From Candidatus Pacearchaeota archaeon (GTDB lineage Archaea > Nanobdellota > Nanobdellia > UBA10117 > JAFCGI01), in contig JAFCGI010000005.1 in assembly GCA_017608235.1 (NCBI GenBank), positions 46,930-110,929 on the forward strand: DNA of 64,000 nucleotides, written 5' to 3'. The position numbers were made by a program, and so were the translations under genes. Under the pieces are notes generated by a model. That model was not told the DNA's origin. It saw only the letters and a list, made by a program, of their open reading frames with translations, and did no database searches. Positions 1-9,799 of the stretch are shown one piece after another. The first letter of the stretch is position 1, and each line of letters begins with the position of its first letter.

Positions 1-840
1 ACAATTTTTACATTTAGTTCTGATTTTTTTTACACCTATAATTCTTCCAAATTTTAGCCCAAGAAGTTGTGCAAACATTGCTAGAGTTTTTTCTTTTGTA
101 ATTATTACTGTCCTATTTTGATTATCAACATATCCATCTGATTCTATCCAGCCCTTTAAGAACTCCTCAAACTGATATTTATTCAATCCTAAGAACCATG
201 TTGGCAGGGTTTTACCATGCTTGTTATCATGTCTAAAATGTTTAGTTAGCCATTGTCTAAATGGTCTATCTCTCCAATATAGATTTAATGCTCCATTATG
301 TTCATATTCTGCTATCTTTTCTACTCTAAAGAGTTCTGATATTATAAACTTATAGTAATTAGGAATTGTTCTTTCTTTTTTAGCATTAAATACTAATCCT
401 ATTCTCTCGTTGCTACGATAATTATTTGTAAAGCCGTCTCCTATCCAATATCCTATAAATCTAAAGAACTTATTATCTAAAATAATTCTTTTTGAATATC
501 CAGATGCATCTTTTAATATAATTTCCTTAGGTAACTTTGTGGAGATTTTTAATTTTGGAAAAAAAAGCATGTCATCTTTGGATAAGTCTTCTACATTAGT
601 CCATTGTTTTTTTGTATTTCTTTTAATTAATATTGGATGTTTCTCAGTTATTCGGAATATATTGCCAAAGTAGCTTTGTAGTTCAAAAAGTTTTTCATAA
701 GGATCAATAGTTCTAGAATTAATTGCCATAATTTTCTTAAATTTTCCTGTGTGTGTTAAGACAGAATCTCCTACTTTTACATCTTTAACTGAGATTAAAC
801 CTTTAGATTTTACATATATTGGGGTGCGACCTGTAACACA
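1..840 (-). mobile_element. Intein inserted directly after ligase motif I (KYDGFR|C). Contains a LAGLIDADG homing-endonuclease domain. Partial: its C-terminal splice junction lies beyond the window start
   Basis: The intein begins with Cys (CVTGRTPIYVKSKG...). Two LAGLIDADG blocks are present: FIGYWIGDGF and LKGWIESDGYV. More than 280 aa of non-ligase sequence lie in frame inside the ligase. Confidence 0.6.
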
Positions 841-1602
841 ACGAAATCCATCATATTTATATTCGAGAGCTGCTGGTTTTCCTACGATTTTGAAAGCATC
901 TTCTAGATCCTTAGTTTTCTGATAGAGCATAACTCTGATAGGTTTTCCTATAGTGATTGAGGCTTTTTTTAAACCTGAGTCTCCTTTTTCTTTAGCTAGT
1001 TTAATTACTTCAGAGAAATCTGTTGTGAGATTATATGCATACTCTACTAAATCCTTGTCTACTTCAAAGGCTTTAGAAATTGCATCTCTTATTATTCCTG
1101 TGCCTACACCTATTCTTAGTTCTTCCAGAACGGTTCTTATGATATATTTAGCAGATTTAGAGTCTGCTGCAGATAATAATTCTGAAACCAAAGATATTTT
1201 CTTGTTAACAGTACCTGCACCTTCCAAATCAGCCAGAGTTCTAAAGTTCTTTAGAACCTTGTTTATTGTTAGCTCTTCTTTAAAGAGTGTGGATTGTTTT
1301 TTGGATTTTGTTAACTTCTGAGCAACTTCACCTAGGTCACCGATTTCTTTCCATTTTTTTTCTACTTTTTCGGGAGAAGTTCCTGTGGTCTTGGAGATAG
1401 CTTTTATTGCTAGTCTAGAAGCCATTCCTAATACTCTTGAATCATAATCTGGAAATACTTTGCCTCTTACAAGAATAACAACCTCTTGTAATTCATCTGT
1501 TTTTAACTTCTTAAAGAAGTCTGCAAGAATTTTTGTTTTTTCTAGTTGACTTGAGGTAGAATCCAGATCTTCATAAAGCTCAGCTAGCTTAGAGTATTTC
1601 AT
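1..1602 (-). CDS. lig: ATP-dependent DNA ligase, partial. Start codon at 1602; the gene runs off the window start. The coding sequence is interrupted by an intein (see next feature)
   Basis: Own reverse-strand translation: MKYSKLAELYEDLDSTSSQLEKTKILADFFKK... is a typical archaeal ligase N-terminus. Adenylation motif I is EYKYDGFR. The ORF is absent from the track only because it has no in-window stop. Confidence 0.8.
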   Translation of the reverse strand, partial: MKYSKLAELYEDLDSTSSQLEKTKILADFFKKLKTDELQEVVILVRGKVFPDYDSRVLGMASRLAIKAISKTTGTSPEKVEKKWKEIGDLGEVAQKLTKSKKQSTLFKEELTINKVLKNFRTLADLEGAGTVNKKISLVSELLSAADSKSAKYIIRTVLEELRIGVGTGIIRDAISKAFEVDKDLVEYAYNLTTDFSEVIKLAKEKGDSGLKKASITIGKPIRVMLYQKTKDLEDAFKIVGKPAALEYKYDGFRCVTGRTPIYVKSKGLISVKDVKVGDSVLTHTGKFKKIMAINSRTIDPYEKLFELQSYFGNIFRITEKHPILIKRNTKKQWTNVEDLSKDDMLFFPKLKISTKLPKEIILKDASGYSKRIILDNKFFRFIGYWIGDGFTNNYRSNERIGLVFNAKKERTIPNYYKFIISELFRVEKIAEYEHNGALNLYWRDRPFRQWLTKHFRHDNKHGKTLPTWFLGLNKYQFEEFLKGWIESDGYVDNQNRTVIITKEKTLAMFAQLLGLKFGRIIGVKKIRTKCKNC

Positions 1603-1686
1603 GGTTAAGTTTTTATACATTAAGTGATTAAAAACCTTTGTAATAATCTTTAGAAAAAGATTAATCAAAAAATACTGGTTAGAAAA

Positions 1687-2337
1687 ATGGAAACTTTCAA
1701 GGCTATTAAATTAAGAAGATCTATAAGAAAATTTAAAGATCAAGAGATTGATGATGAAGATTTACTAAAGATATTAGATGCTGCTACATATGCACCTGCT
1801 AGCGGAAATATAAAACATATTAAATTTGTGGTTATAGAAGATAAAGAAACAAAAAAAAATATTGCCAAAGCAGCGCTTGATCAAAACTGGATTACTACCG
1901 CACCAATAATAATAATTGCTTGTTCTGAGAGTGTATTTATAGAACAACATTATGGCAAACGAGGCAAGGAATTATATGCTATACAAAATGTAGCTGCTGC
2001 TATTGAAAATATGTTGATAGCTGCTTCAGATTTAGGAATTAGTGGTTGTTGGGTTGGTGCTTTTACTGAACCTATGCTGAGAAGTGTTCTAGGAATTCCT
2101 GATGATGTTGAAATTCATGCTATAATCCCTTTAGGTTATGCTGATGAAAGTCCTAAATTTAGGCATAAACTACATGCTACAGATATTACATTTTATGAAA
2201 AATGGGGTACTCATAAGCGACCTGGACTTCTGCCTCTAGGAGAAAGCCCTATTGTTGAAAAAAAAATCTCTGAAGTAAAGAAAAAGCTCAAGAATCATGC
2301 AAGTAAACTTAAAAAACTAATTAAGAATTCCAAGTAA
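1687..2337 (+). CDS. Nitroreductase-family (NADH oxidase/nitroreductase-like) protein with a lysine-rich C-terminal tail
   Basis: The N-terminus AIKLRRSIRKF is the conserved nitroreductase RRS(I/V)R(K/R)F block. There is a glycine-rich segment ISGCWVG. Confidence 0.65.
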   Translation: METFKAIKLRRSIRKFKDQEIDDEDLLKILDAATYAPASGNIKHIKFVVIEDKETKKNIAKAALDQNWITTAPIIIIACSESVFIEQHYGKRGKELYAIQNVAAAIENMLIAASDLGISGCWVGAFTEPMLRSVLGIPDDVEIHAIIPLGYADESPKFRHKLHATDITFYEKWGTHKRPGLLPLGESPIVEKKISEVKKKLKNHASKLKKLIKNSK

Positions 2338-2555
2338 ATTTTTTATTTATTATTTAAATTAGAATTTTGATATATTAGGTATAATTGATGAATATTGAAT
2401 ATTATAAATATTGAATAATTTATGAATATAAGGGAGGTATGCCCGAAGAAATTTGGAGTGGGCACACCTGTAGCAGCTTTCGAAACCAATCAAGGTTCCG
2501 TGGACCACAAAGACAACTTTGGAGGTGCTTTTAGAAAGCTGTGTCGTCTTTGAGC

Positions 2556-3638
2556 TTAATTAATTAATTCTATGCCAAGCTCTTTGTTCATAGCAACTGA
2601 TTCTGGAGATGGCATATTTGTATTTACTTTTCCTAATACATAAGGAGAGTTAACTCCTGTAACGATAGTCATTATTCTTAGCTTGCCTTGCATATCATTA
2701 TCTATGCGGGCTCCCCAGATTACATTTGCATCTGCATCTAGGCTAGCTGTTACAAGCTCGCCAATTTGGCTTACTTCGTCAAGAGTTAAGTCTGAGCCAC
2801 CTGAAATATGTATTAATGCTCCGGTTGCTCCTTGGTAGTCTACATCTAGTAATGGATTGGATAGAGCACGCTTTACTGCTTCTTTTACTCTTTCTTCAGT
2901 ATCTGATTCTCCAATACCAATTACAGATACGCCTCCATTAGTCATTATTGACTTTACGTCAGCATAGTCCAAGTTGACTAAACTTGGAACTGCAATAGTT
3001 TCTACTATGCCCTTAATCATTGTAGAGATTAGCTCATTTGCTACAGCAAATGCTTGGGCAATAGGTAGGTTTCCGGCTAGGTCTACTAAACGATTATTAT
3101 CTATAACAATAACTGTATCAGAAACTTGTCTTAGTTGCTTTAGGCCAAATTCAGCTTTGTCTATCCTTGCTCTTTCAATGCTAAAAGGCATTGTTACAAC
3201 ACCAATTACAATGGCTCCAGCTTCTTTTGCTACTTCAGCAAGTATTGGTGCTGATCCAGTACCAGTACCTCCGCCAAGGCCAGCAGTAATAAAGACCATA
3301 TCTGTATTTTTGAGCATTTCTTTTATTTCTGAAATACTTTCTTTAGCTGCTTCTGCTCCCTTATTTGGATACCCACCACAACCTAGACCTTTTGTTAATT
3401 CTGAACCAATCAAGAATTTTTTATCAGATTCAACAATATCTAAATGTTGCTTATCTGTATTAACGGCAACAATCTCAGCGCCTTTGATCCCTTTTTTATA
3501 TAGCCAATTAACCATGTTGGATCCAGCACCGCCTGCGCCGATGACTTTTATATTCGCCTGTCCTACGACTATGTCGTTATTTAATCCGTTTTCATCAGCG
3601 GATTCCAATGCGTTTTGTACAATAAACTCCATTTCCAT
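2556..3638 (-). CDS. ftsZ: Cell division GTPase FtsZ
   Basis: GGGTGTG tubulin signature, IKVIGAGGAGSN N-terminal GTP-binding loop, 360 aa. Confidence 0.9.
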   Translation of the reverse strand: MEMEFIVQNALESADENGLNNDIVVGQANIKVIGAGGAGSNMVNWLYKKGIKGAEIVAVNTDKQHLDIVESDKKFLIGSELTKGLGCGGYPNKGAEAAKESISEIKEMLKNTDMVFITAGLGGGTGTGSAPILAEVAKEAGAIVIGVVTMPFSIERARIDKAEFGLKQLRQVSDTVIVIDNNRLVDLAGNLPIAQAFAVANELISTMIKGIVETIAVPSLVNLDYADVKSIMTNGGVSVIGIGESDTEERVKEAVKRALSNPLLDVDYQGATGALIHISGGSDLTLDEVSQIGELVTASLDADANVIWGARIDNDMQGKLRIMTIVTGVNSPYVLGKVNTNMPSPESVAMNKELGIELIN

Positions 3639-3857
3639 GCACCTCCCACTCTCTGGCGCATACCCAACCTCGCGCCAAAAACGCGATACGTCAAGCTAAG
3701 CTGTCATAAGTGGAAATATGTTCAATATATGAAACAGATCCTTTATATATATTTATTTACTCCAGTATATATGTTTACTAAAGTAAACAAATTAAATTTG
3801 AATTTTTCGAATTCTTTGGATGAAAAGTATTTATATTAGCAAATATAATAAAAACAT

Positions 3858-5132
3858 ATGGCTAAGATTGGAGACAAAGTTTCTGTTGAGCATAAAGATA
3901 AAAGATATGATGGTATCCTTATGCCTTCTGAAGAAGATTCTAAAGATATCTTGATTTTGAAGCTAGTTAATGGATATAATATTGGTTTTGATAAGAAAGA
4001 AACTAAAGTTAAAGTTCTAGAATCAGCAAGAGAGTATAAGTTTCCTAGTGCTAAGCTGACGAAAGACAAGAAGCTTCCTAAAATTGTGATCATTACTACT
4101 GGTGGCACAATTACGTCTAAAGTAGATTATAAAACAGGAGCAGTGCATCCTCTAATAAGACCTGAAGAACTTCTTGCTCAAGTACCAGAGTTAAGTAAGA
4201 TTGCTAATATTGAAATTAAGAATCCTTTTGCAGTACTTAGTGAAGATATGACTTCTAAGAACTGGAGAGATCTTGCTAAAGAAGTTATGAAAGCTTTAAA
4301 CTCTGATGCTATTGGAGTTATAGTAACACATGGTACTGATACTTTAGCATATACTGCCTCTGCATTAAGTTTTATGATTAAAGATCTAAATAAGCCAGTT
4401 GCATTAGTTGGAGGTCAAAGATCTTCAGATCGGGGAAGTTTTGATGGTGCGCTTAATTTGATATGTGCTGCTTACTATTGCTGTTCTGATATTGCAGAAG
4501 TTTCTGTTGTAATGCATGGAACTAGTTCTGATGATTATTGCTTAGCAATCCCAGGAACTAAAGCTAGAAAAATGCATACATCAAGACGGGATGCTTTTCG
4601 TCCTGTAAATAGTTTACCTTTTGCAAAAATCTATAACAAAGGTATGATTGAATTAATAAGAAAAGATTTCAATAAGCGTTCTACTGGAAAGGTAAAACTT
4701 GATAATAAATTTGAGAAAAAAGTAGCATTAGTTAAGTTTGCTCCTGGACAGGGTCCTGGTGTGGTAGATTATTATGCTAAACAAGGATATAAAGGAATTA
4801 TTTTAGAAGGAACTGGTTTAGGACATGTGGCTATTACTGGTTTGAATTCTTGGATAAAAAGCATACAGCAGGCTGTGAAGAAAGGAATCTTTGTTGGGAT
4901 TACTTCTCAGTGTTTATATGGAAGAACAGATTTGTTTGTCTATAGCAATGGACGGAAACTGCTGGATGCTGGCTGTATCCAGTTGGGAGATATGCTTCCT
5001 GAGACTGCCTATATAAAATTAGGATGGGCTCTTGCTCATGTTAAGAATTCTGAAGATGTTAAAAAATTGATGCTTGAGAATATTTCCAAAGAAATCTCTG
5101 AAAAGGAAGACCCAAAATCCTATTTATATTAA
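3858..5132 (+). CDS. gatD: Glu-tRNA(Gln) amidotransferase subunit D (asparaginase-like)
   Basis: Asparaginase-type motifs IVIITTGGTITS and VIVTHGTDTL. Sits in the conserved pairing with gatE nearby. Confidence 0.85.
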   Translation: MAKIGDKVSVEHKDKRYDGILMPSEEDSKDILILKLVNGYNIGFDKKETKVKVLESAREYKFPSAKLTKDKKLPKIVIITTGGTITSKVDYKTGAVHPLIRPEELLAQVPELSKIANIEIKNPFAVLSEDMTSKNWRDLAKEVMKALNSDAIGVIVTHGTDTLAYTASALSFMIKDLNKPVALVGGQRSSDRGSFDGALNLICAAYYCCSDIAEVSVVMHGTSSDDYCLAIPGTKARKMHTSRRDAFRPVNSLPFAKIYNKGMIELIRKDFNKRSTGKVKLDNKFEKKVALVKFAPGQGPGVVDYYAKQGYKGIILEGTGLGHVAITGLNSWIKSIQQAVKKGIFVGITSQCLYGRTDLFVYSNGRKLLDAGCIQLGDMLPETAYIKLGWALAHVKNSEDVKKLMLENISKEISEKEDPKSYLY

Positions 5133-5251
5133 TAATTCTTAGACTTTCTCTAGATTTTTAAACTAACTATTTAATTGTTTGTTCCAATATATAGTTTCTA
5201 ATATATAGATTCGAAAGGTTTATATATAGTTAATTACTGTTAAGTAGTACT

Positions 5252-6319
5252 ATGATAAGTAAAACTAAGGTAAAATCAGATAGACCTTTTGGTGTACACA
5301 CAATCCTTGAAACTGTAAGATATTGTCCATTAGCAGGACTAGCAATTATACAGGGATTTAAGGGAAAAGAAAGTCCTTTAAATAAATATAAGCAGGCTAT
5401 AGGCAATGAAGTACACAGATTATTTGAAATTAATCCTTTGCTTGCTCCTGAAATTTTAGAAAGGAATATGTCTAGTATGAGTTTAGAAGATAGATTTAAT
5501 CTTAATACTGAACAAGAAATACTTACTCCTGAAGGAGACTTTATTATTCCTGAAAAAACAAAACTTCATACTAATCTATGCAGTATTAGATCTTCATTAA
5601 CAACAAGTAGACAAAGCAGAACACTTAGAATAAATCCTAGATTAAGTTTAGTTAACATTCCATTTAGAACTGCCTATAATAATTATAGTGCTTTACCTCA
5701 TTTAGGAAAGCTTGGTAGAGATGGTTGTGCTGAGTTGCTTTCTTATTGGGGAGCTAACGGAATTGAAGATAGAAATAAAAAAATCGTTAGCAGCGGATTT
5801 GTAGGAGCTCCAGATCATGTTTTCAGTTTTAGACATCCAAAAATTCCTGAAATGGGAAAACAAGTTGTAGCTGAGTTTAAAACTTATGGTCCTGGATTTA
5901 ATCATGATATTAATAGATTACAGGTAGAGTTATATATGCATATGCTTGATGAAAAAAACAAATCAGAAGGTAATCTAAATATTAGTGTAGAAGGATGTTT
6001 ACTTTATCAAGGATTAACTATGCCTAAAACAGCTAGTGGTAGTAAAAGTCAATCTCAAGAACATAGTAAATTGTTTCCTATTTATCCAAATAAAAAAAAT
6101 ATAGAGCTTGCGATAAAAGCAAGAAGTGATCTTATTAAAGTTATTAATAATGATTATGATACAAACTTCTTTGAAAGAGATTGCAAAAAAGATGAAAGCT
6201 ATTGTAAAAAAATAAGATGTCCTCATGCTGAAGCTTGTTATGGAGATAAAAGCTTAGAATATATAAAAAGATGTAAATCTAGCAGATCTAAGTTATATAA
6301 TACCAAAATTATAGCTTAA
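5252..6319 (+). CDS. Cas4-like / RecB-family PD-(D/E)XK nuclease with a predicted Fe-S cysteine cluster (DUF83-like), lying between gatD and gatE
   Basis: N-terminal Cys (RYCPLAG). Nuclease motifs PDHVF ... AEFKT ... QVELYMHM (D, ExK, QxxxY). C-terminal cysteine cluster CKKIRCPHAEAC. Confidence 0.5.
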   Translation: MISKTKVKSDRPFGVHTILETVRYCPLAGLAIIQGFKGKESPLNKYKQAIGNEVHRLFEINPLLAPEILERNMSSMSLEDRFNLNTEQEILTPEGDFIIPEKTKLHTNLCSIRSSLTTSRQSRTLRINPRLSLVNIPFRTAYNNYSALPHLGKLGRDGCAELLSYWGANGIEDRNKKIVSSGFVGAPDHVFSFRHPKIPEMGKQVVAEFKTYGPGFNHDINRLQVELYMHMLDEKNKSEGNLNISVEGCLLYQGLTMPKTASGSKSQSQEHSKLFPIYPNKKNIELAIKARSDLIKVINNDYDTNFFERDCKKDESYCKKIRCPHAEACYGDKSLEYIKRCKSSRSKLYNTKIIA

Positions 6320-6373
6320 TCTAAATAACTTGAAAAAGAAATAATTATATTTAACTAATTTTCTTTTATTTTT

Positions 6374-7816
6374 ATGACAGATTTTGATTATACTAAATTA
6401 GGATTTAAATCTGGGTTAGAGATTCATCAGAGACTAAAATCTCACAAATTGTTTTGTGATTGTAGTTCTGATATGGCTAAGACTGATTTTAGTATTGAAG
6501 CTATGAGAAAGCTTAGAGCAACTCCTGGAGAATTGGGAAAGATAGATATTGCTGCTGCGTTTGAGGCAGCAAAGGAACAAGAGTTTATTTATCATGGTTA
6601 TAAAGATGAATCTTGTCTAGTGGAGTGGGATGAAGAACCACCGCATCTAATTAATCAAGAAGCTCTGAATATTGCAATTAAGATTGCTATGCTTTTGAAT
6701 TGTAATATTGTTAAAAATATACAGGTTATGAGAAAAACTGTTCTTGATGGTTCTAATACAAGTGGTTTTCAGAGAACCATGCTGATAGGAACAGATGGGT
6801 TTATTGATACTAGTTTTGGCAAGGTTGGAATTAAATATATGATTCTTGAAGAGGAAGCAGCAAAGAATCTTGGCGAGGAAAAAGGAAGGAAAGTTTGGGG
6901 ATTGAACAGATTAGGAATTCCATTAGTTGAGATTGTAACAGATCCTGATATGAAAAATCCTGAACAAGTAAAAGAAGTCGCTGAAAAAATTGGCTTGATG
7001 TTAAGATCTACTGGCTTGGTTCTTAGGGGCTTAGGTACAATTAGACAAGATATTAATGTTTCAATAAAAAAAGGAGATAGAACTGAGATAAAAGGTGTAC
7101 AAGATATAAGGTTAGTTAAAAAAGTCATAGATTCTGAAATTCAAAGACAGCTTGATCTTATCTTTAAAAAGAAAAAAATAGAGAGAACAGTAAGAAGTGC
7201 ATTAGCTGATGGTTCTACAAAATTTATGAGGCCCTTACCTGGTGGAGCAAGACTTTATCCTGAAACAGATCATCCTTTGATTATATTAGATAATAAGAAA
7301 CTTGCAAAAATAAAGAAAGAACTTCCTGAACCTTTAGAAAAGAAAAAAGCTAGACTTGAAAAATTAAATATAAGTAAAGATCTTGTTAAGCAGATTTTAC
7401 ATTCTACTTATTTAGAGTTTTTTGAATTCTTAGTTAAGAATTATAAGAATGTAAGGCCTAGTATAATTGCTAAGCTTTTGTTCTCAATTCCTAAAGAAGT
7501 TGAAAAGAAACTAGGAATCATTAAGGGGGAATTTTCAGAAGAACATTTTTTAGAAATTCTAGAACTACTAGACAAAGGAAGGGTAGCTAAAGAATCAGTA
7601 TTAGATATTATGGTTGAGGTTGCTAAAGGTAATCAAATTAGTAAGATTTGGAAGGATTACAAAATGCTTTCTGATTCTGAAATCAAGAAAAAAGTAGAGG
7701 AGATAAAAAAGAAAAACAAGGATGCTCCTGAAAATAAGATTATTGGAATAATAATGGGTGAACTTCGTGGGAAAGCTGATGCTCAGAAGATCTTAAAAAT
7801 AGTGAAAAGCAAATAA
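6374..7816 (+). CDS. gatE: Glu-tRNA(Gln) amidotransferase subunit E
   Basis: N-terminus MTDFDYTKLGFKSGLEIHQRL is the typical GatE/GatB start. 480 aa with a GatB/YqeY-like C-terminal domain. Confidence 0.85.
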   Translation: MTDFDYTKLGFKSGLEIHQRLKSHKLFCDCSSDMAKTDFSIEAMRKLRATPGELGKIDIAAAFEAAKEQEFIYHGYKDESCLVEWDEEPPHLINQEALNIAIKIAMLLNCNIVKNIQVMRKTVLDGSNTSGFQRTMLIGTDGFIDTSFGKVGIKYMILEEEAAKNLGEEKGRKVWGLNRLGIPLVEIVTDPDMKNPEQVKEVAEKIGLMLRSTGLVLRGLGTIRQDINVSIKKGDRTEIKGVQDIRLVKKVIDSEIQRQLDLIFKKKKIERTVRSALADGSTKFMRPLPGGARLYPETDHPLIILDNKKLAKIKKELPEPLEKKKARLEKLNISKDLVKQILHSTYLEFFEFLVKNYKNVRPSIIAKLLFSIPKEVEKKLGIIKGEFSEEHFLEILELLDKGRVAKESVLDIMVEVAKGNQISKIWKDYKMLSDSEIKKKVEEIKKKNKDAPENKIIGIIMGELRGKADAQKILKIVKSK

Positions 7817-7898
7817 AAAATATATGATAAATAATGGCTATGATTTTTGTGAATGTAAGAACTAAAATAAAAAAGAAAAAGAAGAATCGGAAGAATAA

Positions 7899-8855
7899 AT
7901 GGCTAAAGTAATTATAAGTAAGGGAGGATGTCCTTATAAGAACACTTTAGATGTATTAGAGTATCTTTCTAAAGATATAAAAAAATCTCTGAAAAAGAAA
8001 AAACCAAAAACTATTTTGATAAAACCAAATCTTCTTTCTGAAAAGGAAAATAAAGCAGCTAATACAGATGTGAGAGCTGTAATGGCAGTGGTTGATTTTT
8101 TTAATATACTTGGAAACTTTGATTTTATTGTAGCTGAAAATACTACTGGTGGTGCTACAAGGGCTTTTAGAAACAATCATTACTATGCAAAACTAGAGAA
8201 ATATGAGAATGTTAAATTACATAGCATGCGCTGGGATAAATTTGGAAAATATTTCCAGATTAAAACTGCATATAGAAAAATAAAAGTGGGAATTTGTGAG
8301 ACTGCTACTAAAGCAAAATACATTATAGATATTGCTAAAATAAAATCACATAATCATGCAGTTGCTACATTTACAATCAAAAATATGATGGGTTTTTGTA
8401 AACGGTCTGCAAGAAGTAAATTTCATGGGACTGCAGATCCTTATGTTTATCATGGAATCATGAAATTTCTTAGAGCTCATCATCTATTTAAAACTGGAGC
8501 TCCATTATTGAATTATAATCTTATTAAGCTTTATAATGCAATAAAACCAGATCTTGCTTTAATAGATGGAGAGTATGGTATGGAAGGCGAAGGTCCTGGA
8601 CATGGGGATGCTGTTAAACTTGGAATAGCAATGGGAAGCATGGATGCACTTAGTATAGATTTAGTAGCTGCAAAAATTATGAAACTTCCTAAACTTCCTG
8701 GATATTTACAAATTCTGAAAGAAAGAGAAAGTCCGAATATCAAAGTTATTGGAGTTCAAGTTCAAGAAGTGGCTCGCAAGTTTAGGCTACATCATGATTA
8801 TCAAGATATGGATTTTCCAATAATATTACTTAAAAAGCTATTAAGGGATAGATAA
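7899..8855 (+). CDS. DUF362-domain protein
   Basis: ILIKPNL motif near the N-terminus and DGEYGMEGEGPGHGDAVKLGIAMGSMDALSIDLVAAKIM near the C-terminus, both characteristic of DUF362. Confidence 0.55.
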   Translation: MAKVIISKGGCPYKNTLDVLEYLSKDIKKSLKKKKPKTILIKPNLLSEKENKAANTDVRAVMAVVDFFNILGNFDFIVAENTTGGATRAFRNNHYYAKLEKYENVKLHSMRWDKFGKYFQIKTAYRKIKVGICETATKAKYIIDIAKIKSHNHAVATFTIKNMMGFCKRSARSKFHGTADPYVYHGIMKFLRAHHLFKTGAPLLNYNLIKLYNAIKPDLALIDGEYGMEGEGPGHGDAVKLGIAMGSMDALSIDLVAAKIMKLPKLPGYLQILKERESPNIKVIGVQVQEVARKFRLHHDYQDMDFPIILLKKLLRDR

Positions 8856-8883
8856 GAAACCTTTATTTAGTATTAATACATTA

Positions 8884-9708
8884 GTGAAAAGGGAAAGGAT
8901 GGAATTAATTAGCTGGATTGGAAAAGGAATTGGTGGATTTTTATTAACTACATTTCTAGCATTCTTGATATTAGATATTGGAATGATAGAGCTAACTACA
9001 GAGAGCAATATTAAACCAATTATCTCTGATTCCATACAAGAACAATTAGATGAGCAATTAACTGCGGAACAGCTTCCCTATGTTCATCAGGATTTTATAG
9101 ATAAATGTGAAAGTAGTGCTTCTAATGAACTTACTTTAACTAGTGATGAAATTGGTATGCCTGTGGATATTAATCTTAATTGTAATAGAATAAAGAGTTC
9201 TAGTCCTGAAACCATAACTATAGTGCTAGCAGAGAGTGCTGCAAATGACTTATATAATAAAGAATATGATTGTAGTGTATTAGAGTGTGTTAAAGATCCA
9301 GAAAAAGCAAGTGTCTTAATTTCTAAAAAAGGTCATAATTTCTTTGCAAACATTAAAAATTATTTAATATATGGTTGTTTACTTGGAGCTGGCTTGATTA
9401 TCTTATTCTCAAGAAAGAGTCTTTACATAATTTCTAAAAATCTTGGATATAGTTTGTTTGTTACTGGATTACCTTTTGTGCTTATGGGTTATATTACCAG
9501 TGCAATTAAAGAGAAATTACCTGCAGAACTACCTGCTGGATTTTCTAGTTTATTTGATAATATGATTGCTAGTATGTCTTATAATTATAAGCTTGTTTTT
9601 TCTATTGGAATAGTGCTTCTAGTATTTGGTTTCTTAGGAAGCATGATTGCTGAAAAAGTTAAAAAATCAATGAAGAAGAGCGAAAAAAAAGCAAAAAAGA
9701 AAAAATAG
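8884..9708 (+). CDS. Hypothetical membrane protein with a lysine-rich C-terminal tail
   Basis: Several hydrophobic helices; C-terminus KKSMKKSEKKAKKKK. Confidence 0.4.
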   Translation: MKRERMELISWIGKGIGGFLLTTFLAFLILDIGMIELTTESNIKPIISDSIQEQLDEQLTAEQLPYVHQDFIDKCESSASNELTLTSDEIGMPVDINLNCNRIKSSSPETITIVLAESAANDLYNKEYDCSVLECVKDPEKASVLISKKGHNFFANIKNYLIYGCLLGAGLIILFSRKSLYIISKNLGYSLFVTGLPFVLMGYITSAIKEKLPAELPAGFSSLFDNMIASMSYNYKLVFSIGIVLLVFGFLGSMIAEKVKKSMKKSEKKAKKKK

Positions 9709-9799
9709 GTGTTATTTCTATTAAGTAGATTATTCGAAAGCTTTTTAAATATAACTCTATCTTAACTATTGAATAGTAATAATATATTGTAGAAAACAA

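Noticed and set aside
953-1321. 122-aa plus-strand ORF
   Set aside because: Lies antisense inside the ligase/intein coding region, which has strong protein motifs on the minus strand; low-complexity translation.
2430-2556. GC-rich island considered as a 5S rRNA gene
   Set aside because: Length fits, but the termini do not pair with each other as 5S helix I requires, and the conserved 5S loop motifs are not recognisable. Kept only as a generic candidate ncRNA.
2974-3699. 241-aa plus-strand ORF
   Set aside because: Antisense to ftsZ; the ftsZ frame carries the unmistakable GGGTGTG signature.
3615-3839. 74-aa ORF in the ftsZ/gatD intergenic region
   Set aside because: Spans the divergent promoter region; no start context and no motif. 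Treated as non-coding; the GC-rich hairpin is noted separately.
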